A stretch of 64,000 nucleotides of DNA from Eledone cirrhosa (taxonomy: Eukaryota), in NCBI GenBank assembly GCA_964016885.1, contig OZ024740.1, forward strand, positions 84,134,001 through 84,198,000, read 5' to 3'. The position numbers were made by a program, and so were the translations under genes. Numbering within the stretch: the stretch's first letter is position 1; each line of letters opens with the position of its first letter. The notes beneath the pieces are model-generated. The model was not told the origin of the DNA. It saw only the letters and a list, made by a program, of their open reading frames with translations, and did not search any database. This document shows, piece by piece, positions 53,451 through 64,000 of the stretch.

Positions 53451-54416
53451 GAAAGGATAAAAAGGACGATTGATTATTCCTTCATTGCATTTATTGATAG
53501 GTAACGCGCGTTTCGCCACTGATCAGCTCGAGGTTCGATCTATATCGATCCTACCCGACTCAATAATCCCCAGCTCGACGGACCTTCTTAAAATGCTATA
53601 AGAAAATGAAATACATGCTATGTGATAAAGTCAGATATTCAAGAGTTTGACAAAATGAGTTGTTTTGATTGGTGGGAAGGGTCAAGGCGATGTTCTGGCC
53701 TGTAGTGTTTATCGGGGTGGGTGTGATGGTGAGATGTTGGTGACGATGGGTGGATGAGATGGGCTGTGGTGTGGTGGTGGTTGATTGGCCTTGGCGTGTA
53801 GAGTATGTGTGGGTGTGGATGTCATGATATGGTGGTGGTTATGGTTGCTTAGTGGGGTGGGCTGTGGTATGAGGTTAGTTGGTTGTCAGTAGACGGGTTG
53901 GCGTGTGTGTGGGGGTGTGCTATTAGTGCGGCTGTCTATGGTAGTGGCGTTTCTGGAGGTGTGGCGGATGTATTGGTGGCGTCAAGGTCATTACCTAGAT
54001 ACATAGCTAGTCGCTCATCGTCTGGCAGGTGCTTTGTATATACTTATACGCACACACATATAGGTATATATCTGCACACATATTGTTGTATAAACACACC
54101 CACCACACAACACATACGCACATCCTTGCCCACACATATCGACACACGCTCACACACAGCCATATGTATATGTACACACATGTATGTGCGTGTGCTCGTG
54201 CGGGCACGAATATGGAGAGTGGAGGAGTATCGTTGGGGGTGGCGAACGACGGAGATGGGGAGAAGGTGAGAGGCAATGTAGAAGGTGTTTTACATACATA
54301 CATATGGGTATGGGCACCTGGACTCACACTCACGTATACAAGATATACACATACTCACTCACACACACGTATACCCACGCACATATACACATACATACAT
54401 ATACACACTGACATAC

Positions 54417-54495
<79 letters not shown>

Positions 54496-56286
54496 TGTAC
54501 AGACAACACACATATATACGCGCACATATATACATACATGCACGCACATGAGCTCACCTACGCATATAGTCAGATTCACCCATATACCTATATGTAGACG
54601 TGCACATATACACACATACATACACATACATATAGGCACGCACACATACACATACGCATACACATACACATATATATATATATATACAGATACGTACCCA
54701 CACATACACACATGTATACACCTGCTTACATACACACACATACAATAACTATGCGTACACGCACGCACACTCATACGTCCGTATGTGTAAGAATACTTAC
54801 ACACCGACACACACGCTATTGTTGGTTGGGGAGTGGGGGTGTGCGTTGTTGGTGTTGGTGAAGTATGGAGTTGCGTTTTTAGGTGGTGGTGGTGGAGTTG
54901 GAGGGACAAAAATATATATACAGGATCGAATACCGGTTAGAAAGTGTTTATGGACGTACGGCGATGTGTGTTGTGGACATGGTGATGGTGGTGGTGCTGG
55001 GGTGATGTGTTCGACAAGATGATTACATGATCAGAGGTTACGGTGTGTTATAGGGTAAGGCAGACGGGGTTTGGGGGGTCTATAATACAGTCGATCTGGG
55101 AGCGAGGGGCGATATGTGTTGATGATGTTAATGATAATGATTGTAGAGGTATTTGGATGTATCTAGTGGTGGCTGTGGTTGTGTGTGCGTGCGACAGTAC
55201 AATTACAGGGTCGAATTTAGCGTGGGGTTGTAGGTTAGGGTAGACAGAGGGAACATGGGGGGATGAGGTTGTAGGTGTGTATGGTAGGCATATGACGATG
55301 TGTGGTGTGGTGGTGGTGGCGATGGTGTGATATGATCGACATTGTATTTACAAGGTCCCTTGTCATTGTGGATTGCAAGGTAGAACGTATCATAGGATAC
55401 CGATCTAATACGATGTTGCAACGATGAGGTGTGTATGTAGATGTGAATTTTGGTGGTGGTGATGGTGATGTGTGCGGCATGATATACAAATGGGGACTTA
55501 GAAATGGTTACATGGAGTACAATACAATAAGTTCATCGAGGTGGGCGATATTGAGACGGGGTATATGTGGTTATTAATATGGTGTGTCATGGTTAGTGTG
55601 ATTTTTGGTGTGGGTTATGTATGCGGCATGATATACAAAATACGGGCTTACATATGGTTAAATGAAATACAATGAAATAAGATAAAGTAAAGTAAGATTA
55701 GAATTAAATTTCGTTGAGATGGGCGATGGTGATACGTGGCAGATGTGGTTATTATTATGGTGGGTCATGGTTAGTGCGTGGTCCTCCCGCGAAAGTTTGT
55801 GCAGAAAAGGTGTGCATCCTAGTGTGTCTGCAATTGACAATTATGTCCGAACTATAGGTTATGGCGGAATCAAGTTTAATTATTTCCGCCGCCTCAGCTA
55901 GGCATAATCTGCAGTGGTTTCTGTCACTGGGGATATATGCCACGCGTCTTTTTACTGACCACGAAATCTGGGGTTCGATATTCCTGTCCTTGAGGTCCCA
56001 GATCAGGTCGACCAGTTTTAGGCGGCGGAAGTGTATACATGTGTGTATGTGTAATTACGTATCTGTATATATATATATGTGTATGTGTATTCGTATGTGT
56101 ATGTGTGCGTGCCTATATGTATGTGTATGTATGTGTGTATATGTGCACGTCTACATATAGGTATATGGGTGAATCTGACTATATGTGTAGGTGAGCTTAT
56201 GTGCGTGCATGTATGTGTATATGTGCGCGTATATCTGTGTGTTGTCTGTACATGTGTGTGTGTGTGTGTATATCTATGTATATCTA

Positions 56287-56339
<53 letters not shown>

Positions 56340-57315
56340 ATATATATGTATGTCAGTGTGTATATGTATGTATGTGTATATATGTGCGTGGGTATACGTG
56401 TGTGTGAGTGAGTATGTGTATATCTTGTATACGTGAGTGTGAGTCCAGGTGCCCATACCCATATGTATGTATGTAAAACACCTTCTACATTGCCTCTCAC
56501 CTTCTCCCCATCTCCGTCGTTCGCCACCCCCAACGATACTCCTCCACTCTCCATATTCGTGTCCGCACGCGCACACGCACATACATGTGTGTACATATAC
56601 ATATGGCCGTGTGTGAGCGTGTGTCGATATGTGTGGGCAAGGATGTGCGTATGTGTTGTGTGGTGGGTGTGTTTATACAACAATATGTGTGCAGATATAT
56701 ACCTATATGTGTGTGCGTATAAGTATATACAAAGCACCTGCCAGACGATGAGCGACTAGCTATGTATCTAGGTAATGACCTTGACACCACCAATACATCC
56801 GCCACACCTCCAGAAACGCCACTACCATAGACAGCGGCACCAATACCACACCCCCACACACACACCAACCCGTCTACTGAAAACCCACCAACCCCATACC
56901 ACAGCCCATCCCACTAAGCAACCATAACCACCACCATATCATGACATCCACACCCACACATACTCTACACGCCAAGGCCAATCAACCACCACCACACCAC
57001 AGCCCATCTCATCCACCCATCGTCACCAACATCTCACCATCACGCCCACCCCGATAAACACTACAGGCCAGAACATCGCCTTGATCCTTCCCACCAATCA
57101 AAACAACTCATTTTGTCAAACTCTTGAATATTTGACTTTACCACATAGCATGTATTTCATTTTCTTATAGCATTGTAAGAAGGTCCGTCGAGCTGGGGAT
57201 TATTGAGTCGGGTAGGATCGATATAGATCGAACCTTGAGCTGATCAGTGGCGAAACGCGCGTCACCTATCAATAAATGCAATGAAGGAATAATCAATCGT
57301 CCTTTTTATCCTTTC
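53451..57315. repeat. Long inverted repeat, arms 53451-54721 and 56031-57315 (~1.27 kb), ~1.3-kb spacer
   Basis: The arms are reverse complements with scattered substitutions. They are mirrored in the ORF track (53883/54029 plus vs 56497/56288 minus). Confidence 0.95.
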
Positions 57316-57323
57316 TCTCTCTT

Positions 57324-57361
<38 letters not shown>

Positions 57362-57418
57362 TATATATATATATATATTAAAATATAAGTATTAATAAAA
57401 TAGATGTTCTTTTGATCA

Positions 57419-57480
57419 ATTATATTTTATTTAACATATTTCGGATGTACGACAGTACGTCCTCATCAGACAAAATATAA
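57419..57480 (-). ncRNA. Type I hammerhead, left-arm copy, cleavage site mutated
   Basis: CUGAUGA-GGACGUAC uguc GUACAUCC-GAAA-UAUGUU-AA-AUAAAAUAUAA; position 16.1 is not U. Confidence 0.65.
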
Positions 57481-59163
57481 TGATACATGACATACCCTGT
57501 GATGTTATATGGTTAAGATTTAATCAAGGTAGTGATTAACCCGATAGAAAATTTTACTTATATCCTATTTATGAGAAAAGGAGAAAACTTAATAAATTCA
57601 TTAGAGAATGTGTGAGTCATAAAAAAACGTTGCATATTGTAACTGTTCTAAAATTTTAAAGTGTATGATACTACGATATATCTAGGCAAACGTCTCATGA
57701 ATCATAACAGCCAGTGATAGCCACTGGAAAAAGATTTATAAAGAGGGAAAAATAAAGAGTGGGTTTTTTTTCCGATATCTAACCGTTTAACTTTTAAACG
57801 GTTAGATTTGAAAATATTTAATTTATAATATTAGGGTGAAGACTCCATATTTCAGGATTATTTGCTGGCTATTTACATATTATTTATATAAATTCGATAA
57901 GTGCGTTATCATTTCTAAACTTCTGAATTCTGAGAGTAACATTTAAAGGCACATAAAGAATGAAATATTATACTGTTGATTTTTTACCTAAATTCAAACT
58001 TTAACAAATATACCAACATATTAGGTATGTAAAGCTTTTGAAGTACTTAATATTATAAATATTTAAATAACTATTATGTATATAGGTATATATTAATGAG
58101 CCAGTATGTTTAAGGTAAATAATAACGACGAAGATAAAAATAAAATAAGATAATATATTGAAGGATGCTAAGGATAAATATATACATATGTATAACTGGG
58201 TGTAAATGCACTAATTATTCTTCAACCAAGATATTAACATATTATTAGATATAGGGATGTACATATATAGATATATATTAGGTATTATTAGTGTAGTATA
58301 CTTTAGGTAAATGCTAACAGTTATAATCTTATCAACGTGTCAATTTAAATACATATATATATATACATATAAAAAAACAACAATGAGTGCACGGATAATA
58401 CAGAGTTCAAAATAATGTCTATAATAATTTTTAGTTTGGTTATTTTCTCTATATTTGAATCATATATATATAAATGTGGTAGGTATATTTAAAAATATTT
58501 AAAAATATATTTTTATATTCGTCGTTATTATTTACCTTAAACATACTGGCTCATTAATATATACCTATACATATAATAGTTATTTAAATATTTATAATAA
58601 TAAGTACTTCAAAAGCTTTACATACCTAATATGTTGGTATATTTGTTAAAGTTTGAATTTAGGTAAAAAATCAACAGTATAATATTTCATTCTTTATGTG
58701 CCAGCTGAATCCTTTAAATGTTACTCTCAGAATTCAGAAGTTTAGAAATGATAACACACTTATCGAATTTACATAAATAATATATAAATAGCCAGCAAAT
58801 AATCCTGAAATATGGAGTCTTCACCCTAATATTATAAATTAAATATTTTCAAATCTAACCGTTTAACTTCGAAAAAAAAAACCACACTTTATTTTTCCCT
58901 CTTTATAAATCTTTTTCCAGTGGCTATCACTGGCTGTTATGATTCATGAGACGTTTTCTTAGATATATCGTAGTATCATACACTTTAAAATTTTAGAACA
59001 GTTACAGTATGCAACGTTTTTTTATTACTCACACTTTCTCTAATGAATTTATTACGTTTTCGAATTTTCTCATAAATAGGATATAAGTAAAATTTTCTAT
59101 CGGGTTAATCACTACCTTGATTAAATCTTAACCATTTAACATCTCAGGGTATGTCATGTATCA

Positions 59164-59224
59164 TTATATTTTGTCTGATGAGGACGTACTGTCGTACATC
59201 CGAAATATGTATAATAGAATGTAA
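59164..59224 (+). ncRNA. Type I hammerhead ribozyme, right-arm copy, intact core
   Basis: UUAUAUUUUGU-CUGAUGA-GGAcGUAC uguc GUACaUCC-GAAA-UAUGUA-UA-AUAGAAUGUAA: 11-bp stem I with G.U pairs, quasi-palindromic stem III, predicted cut after A59213. Confidence 0.85.
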
Positions 59225-59352
59225 TTGATCAAAAGAACATCTATTTTATTAATACTTATATTCTAATATTAATAACTCCTGAAAATGATTTTCCCGTTGA
59301 GTGGTTCCAATCTACTGTAAAACTCATTCTTTGACAGAATATTGTTTAACAA

Positions 59353-59432
<80 letters not shown>

Positions 59433-59584
59433 AATAGAATGAAACGAAATTTCATTTCTCACTCTTAGTACGGCACTTACTTAAATGTAAGTATGTATGT
59501 ATACGTACATACATATATGTATACAGACTACAGTAGTATGTATATATATACATACATGCACACATATATATATATGCACGTATC

Positions 59585-59706
59585 GGTTCAAATCCCACCG
59601 AGGTTGACTTTGCCTTTCATCCTTACGGGGTCGATAAAATAAAGTACCAGTAATGCACTAGGTAATTGCTGGCCTTGTGCCTAAATTAGAAACAATTATT
59701 ATTATT
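59585..59706 (+). mobile_element. tRNA-derived SINE, from B-box to (ATT)n tail
   Basis: GGTTCAAATCCCACCGAGGTTGACTTTGCCTTTCATCC...GAAACAATTATTATTATT. Confidence 0.85.
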
Positions 59707-62100
59707 ATATCTATATATATATATATACACACATGGGGTACGTGTTGGGCGGTCTATTTATATATATAGTTACAAAGCAGATTGGATGTTCATGATAGAA
59801 TATATGAACTTATATGAAAAGAAATCATATACCAGCTGAAGAATTTCAGTTACCCTCCATCGTTATGTATGGTCTACGCATTTCATCCTAAATGCAATGA
59901 AGAACTATACACATGTACATTTGTTCTTAAAATATGAGAGATATTTTCAACATATCACACATTAAATTCACTTGAAGGCGTAGGAAGTCATTAAAATGTA
60001 TGTCCCTACATTAGTAAATCTTGATAAAAAAAGGTTTGTTGCTATAGCTGGAGCCACTTTCGTCATAGATCTGCACTATCAGTCCGCACGTGTGGCTAAA
60101 CCTACACTAATTAAAACGTATGAATTTGCAATAGCATATCATTCTTTCTACACAAACTCTCCGTAATGCGTCGGCATAGGGTCTGAACGTTTCCCTCTGA
60201 TATGAACGCTTAATAATCTGGACCATCATAAACTATTTATCGACACAACAACAAATAAAACAGAACAGAATATTAAGAATTTGAGACTGAAAGAGGTTGT
60301 CTCTATTAAACTATAACTTCCGACACAAATTGGCATGGATTGCACCACGCTAATTGGCTAATATACCAAATAAAATTGCTCAGAGGTTCCACACCCAATA
60401 TCTGTGCAAAGTAAAGCCAAACTGATTTTTTTTTTTTTTTTTTTTTTATATTCTGTAAGGTTTTATTTTAAACCGGAATATCGAAATAGGAAATGTGTAT
60501 AACTTTATCTTGGTTTTGTTTTTCTCTTCACTCATTAATTTTCAAGCTGTTTTGAATGGCTTTCTAAATCACACTTAACACTAATTCACGGTGCTTCGTG
60601 TAGCCTCTACGACTATAAAATATTCATATGTAATTATATACATACGTACACATGCAGGAATAAAGACACACACAGACACACATACACACACACACATATA
60701 TATATGTGTGTGTGTGAATATATAGATATCCATATGCATTCATACTACACACACACAAACTTACATATAATTACATGCATGCATAATGTGTACATGTTCG
60801 ATTTGGTTTTCCAACTTATGCTTCTTCAGAGAGAACAAGAGAAAGAAAGTCGGTTGGGAAGGAGAAGAGGAATGTTGCGAGGAAGGGAAAAGAAATTAAA
60901 AGGTAATGAAAGGAAAAAGATGAATGAGAAGGAGTAATAGTCGAATGAAGATGGGAGTGGAAAGAGATGAAATTTTAAAAGAAAATATTCCATAATAAAT
61001 CGTTAAGAGAGTCGATTGATTAAATCAAATTGAATCTCTTAATTAATGATTTATACAATATATATTTTTTTTATTTTTCTTTCGAATCCTCCCTACTCGT
61101 TGCCGTAAATATTTTATAAAACATTCGTATAGCATTTGTGAAATTCGTACGTCATCATCCTTTTCCATCTCACGAACCTTTGAAGGCAGTAATTAACTAC
61201 TGACCTGATTTAATCTAATTACTACCCCCCCCCCCCCCCCACACACACACACACACCCCATCCTTGGTACTTGTATGCACTGCTAAGACTATTATATTTT
61301 ACATACATCTTGCTCTTTTGTAAAATAATATAACTTCTTCCACTACAATTTTTCTCCTTCCTATTCCTTTGTGATTTTCCAGTACATTTATATTTAGTAG
61401 CATCATTAATTGGCCGAATAGTTACAGCGTCGGACATCATAACTCGTTGCATTTATTCTGAATTTTATTTATATTCTGAGTTGAAATATTATCGATGTTA
61501 GCTTTGCTTTGCATCATTCCCGGTGTGATAAAGCTCCTCCATCCTCCAACGAATATTCTCCTCAAGTGACCCTGTTAACAGTATACCAGTTTTTTATTCA
61601 AAAATTCATATGAGATTGTCTTTTTGTGTTTCGCACTGTGTAGGATGTTCATTAAATATGTTTTTCACCAACACTTATACATTCACCGGGTTGAAGCAAT
61701 TTTCCAGTCTACTCAGTACTGCAAATAAGCTTACAATCCTGCTATTACTACATACGAACAACATGCTCTAGGTTTATTTTCTATCCCAAAATACTATAAA
61801 ATAAGTTTAGTTGTATTCAACCTGTTAAAATAAATTAAACCCTTTTCTAATAACAGCAAATTGAGTCCCATTGACTCTGACAAGTATTATCCTATTATCC
61901 TAATCACCGAAATATAAAAACTAATGCTTAGAAACACACCAGAATTTTGGTGGAAGTAATATTCTTAACTTTCATATCAATAAAGCATTTATCCAGTGAA
62001 CAGCATCATAAGACGTTCTTCCTATTAGCTCTACCTGTGTTTCATAGTTTGCCTCAGACGTCTTCCGTGCACAAGTTACCTATTTAACGAAGTTCTATAT

Positions 62101-62274
62101 ATTAATTGTTTCTACTTATGGCACAAGGCCAGCAATTACCAGTGGATTACTGGTACTTTATTTTATCGACCCCGTAAGGATGAGAGGCGGGATTTGAACT
62201 CAGTCCGTAAAGGGACGTAACTGTGCTGCAAAGCATGGCGTCCGACTCTCTACCGATACTACCAATCCACCGCC
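62101..62274 (-). mobile_element. tRNA-derived SINE with short internal deletion
   Basis: Matches the 36316-36503 copy. Confidence 0.85.
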
Positions 62275-62937
62275 TATATATTAATGACATACATTTACTT
62301 ACGTGTAACATCCTGCAATCCTATATACGCACATGATAAATTTCCATCAATTCTAATTCGTTTAACCCACATATGAAACCTCAAAGTCTCACACCAAATT
62401 AGTATTGCTTCTTTTCATTGCGATCTACAAAACATAATAGAATAGAAACATCATAGAATAGGCTAATTCAGCAATCTCTAATCAGAATAACAGCAGATAT
62501 AAAACCGTCATTATTTTCTTTGATTACACGTCACTACGCATGAGCAACATCTCTAAATTAGGCCTCGCAGTCTATGTTATATTTTGTTTTTTATCTTCAA
62601 TATTCGCAAAATTACATGTCAAAAACGATAAAAATACTCCAGCTTTGATCATTTGCAAACATTCAAATCAGAGCAAACGCGACCCACATAAGGTTATTTA
62701 TTTTATTATCGGAAAAATGCGGCTGTTACACTCACACATCTCCGACATAATAAAACAATCACCTAGCTGAATACACACTCAGCAATATGTTGCAGCCATT
62801 AAGAATCAGAAAGTGCTGACTGATTTATTTTTCACATCCATCGCAACAACTTACCTCTTTCATTCTCCCACCGTCATTTTCGTTGCATCTTTCAATTTTA
62901 CCCGTGGGGTATATATTAAAAACCTTACTTTCGAATA

Positions 62938-63017
<80 letters not shown>

Positions 63018-63286
63018 ATACTTGGGGAGGGTCATATTTGCGTAATATTGCCAGAATTAATAACGGAACACACATATATATATTAGTAAAAGGAAAAGAA
63101 AATGTTGACAAATTTTTCCCAGTGAAAAATAGTTTAATTAGGAATAAGTATAAATTAGTAATAAGTATTAGTTAGTATTCAGTTTTAGTTTTAAGTTCTT
63201 ACCGGTAGCGCATTTCTAATGCTTTTCAAAAATAATTTTGAGATAGAGCGCTCGTGATGTTTGCTGTAACTCGTGTGTTACACCTC

Positions 63287-63339
<53 letters not shown>

Positions 63340-63343
<4 letters not shown>

Positions 63344-63440
63344 GAAAAGGTGGAGAATAAAATAGTCAACAGTTCAAAACAGGGAACATAAATCTCCTTT
63401 TTTGTACTGTTGACCATGCTATTCTCCACTTTTTCAATTT
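63340..63440. repeat. Imperfect short inverted repeat (~40-bp arms)
   Basis: attgaaaaggtggagaataaaatagtcaacagttcaaaa vs the reverse complement attgaaaaagtggagaatagcatggtcaacagtacaaaa. Confidence 0.8.
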
Positions 63441-63532
63441 TATTACGCCAAGATAAACTTACATAGGAATACAAGTGAAATCATAAACTCGTCATCTACG
63501 TAAACCTGAAAAAATCTCACTTACTTCTATTT

Positions 63533-63620
63533 TCAGCAAACAAGGGGAGATAAGCTGGCAGAGCTCTGTTTCGTACTTGTTGGTACTTATCAAAGCTCAG
63601 CACTCCTCCTGTTTGCTGAA
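63533..63620 (-). ncRNA. Type I hammerhead (U3:A8), left-arm copy with GCC triplet
   Basis: GAGCU-UUGAUAA-GUAC caacaa GUAC-GAAAC-AGAGCUCU-GCC-AGCUU; U16.1 is replaced by C. Confidence 0.7.
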
Positions 63621-63847
63621 AATTATGAATGTTGGATTCTTATAGAATTCCAGTAATAATCAGGTCTTCAAAATGCTTTTAATTAAGCATACAGTGTATT
63701 CCAAGATACACTATATATACATTCATATATATATCGCTATTTCAGAGCACCAATTCTAATTTTAAATTTCTGCTTGACCGGCAACGGCTCTGTATAATCC
63801 GTTCCTGATTATAACTGGAATTCTATAAGAATCTAACATTCATAATT

Positions 63848-63935
63848 TTCAGCAAACAGGAGGAGTGCTGAGCTTTGATAAGTACCAACAAGAACGAAAC
63901 ATAGCTGTGTCAGCTTATCTCCCCTTGTTTGCTGA
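63848..63935 (+). ncRNA. Type I hammerhead ribozyme with U3:A8 covariant core and extended stem I
   Basis: UCAGCAAACAGGAGGAG-ugcu-GAGCU-UUGAUAA-GUAC caacaa GAAC-GAAAC-AUAGCUGU-GUC-AGCUU-au-CUCCCCUUGUUUGCUGA; predicted cut after C63911. Confidence 0.82.
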
Positions 63936-64000
63936 ACATTAAAGTAAGTGAGACTGTCACTACTCTAAATCAATAGCGTAAGGTCTTCAAAATGCTTTTA

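Larger units (their letters stand above)
57378..59268. repeat. Long inverted repeat, arms 57378-58140 and 58511-59268 (~760 bp), ~370-bp spacer
   Basis: Reverse-complement match along the whole arm, with a few substitutions and small indels. Confidence 0.95.
63516..63953. repeat. Inverted repeat, arms 63516-63664 and 63804-63953 (~150 bp)
   Basis: Reverse-complement match with a few substitutions. Each arm contains a hammerhead. Confidence 0.93.

Noticed and set aside
53451-59268. Long inverted repeats as assembly artefacts
   Set aside because: The arms differ by multiple substitutions and indels and enclose unique spacers, which argues for real, aged duplications. Long reads would be the final test.

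Overview
This is eukaryotic, AT-rich, repeat-saturated animal DNA, and I found no recognisable host gene. The microsatellites and the abundant tRNA-derived SINE look like an octopus or other coleoid cephalopod; that is inference from memory, not verified. The window contains: (1) a near-complete CR1-group LINE (CCCH ORF1 plus APE-RT ORF2) sitting in (TA)n; (2) a nested stack in which an R4/Dong-type RLE LINE has an L1/Tx1-clade LINE in its (AAT)n tail, and that LINE is split by a complete CsRn1-like Ty3/Gypsy element (two ~428-bp LTRs, ACCC TSD, tRNA-Trp PBS); (3) a full-length 1130-aa R4/Dong ORF followed by tandem 5'-truncated copies; (4) remnants of Penelope-like elements (PLEs), RTE, mariner and possibly hAT elements; (5) more than 10 SINE copies. 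Two signals are invisible in the ORF track. First, about a dozen type I hammerhead-ribozyme motifs, some with the U3:A8 covariant core, several sitting as outward-facing pairs at the ends of long non-coding inverted repeats. Second, an HIV-type U_UUU_UUA slippery site with a downstream stem in the ORF1/ORF2 overlap of the CR1-group LINE, whose ORF2 has no AUG, suggesting -1 ribosomal frameshifting. All folds and alignments were done by eye, and boundaries of degraded elements are approximate.
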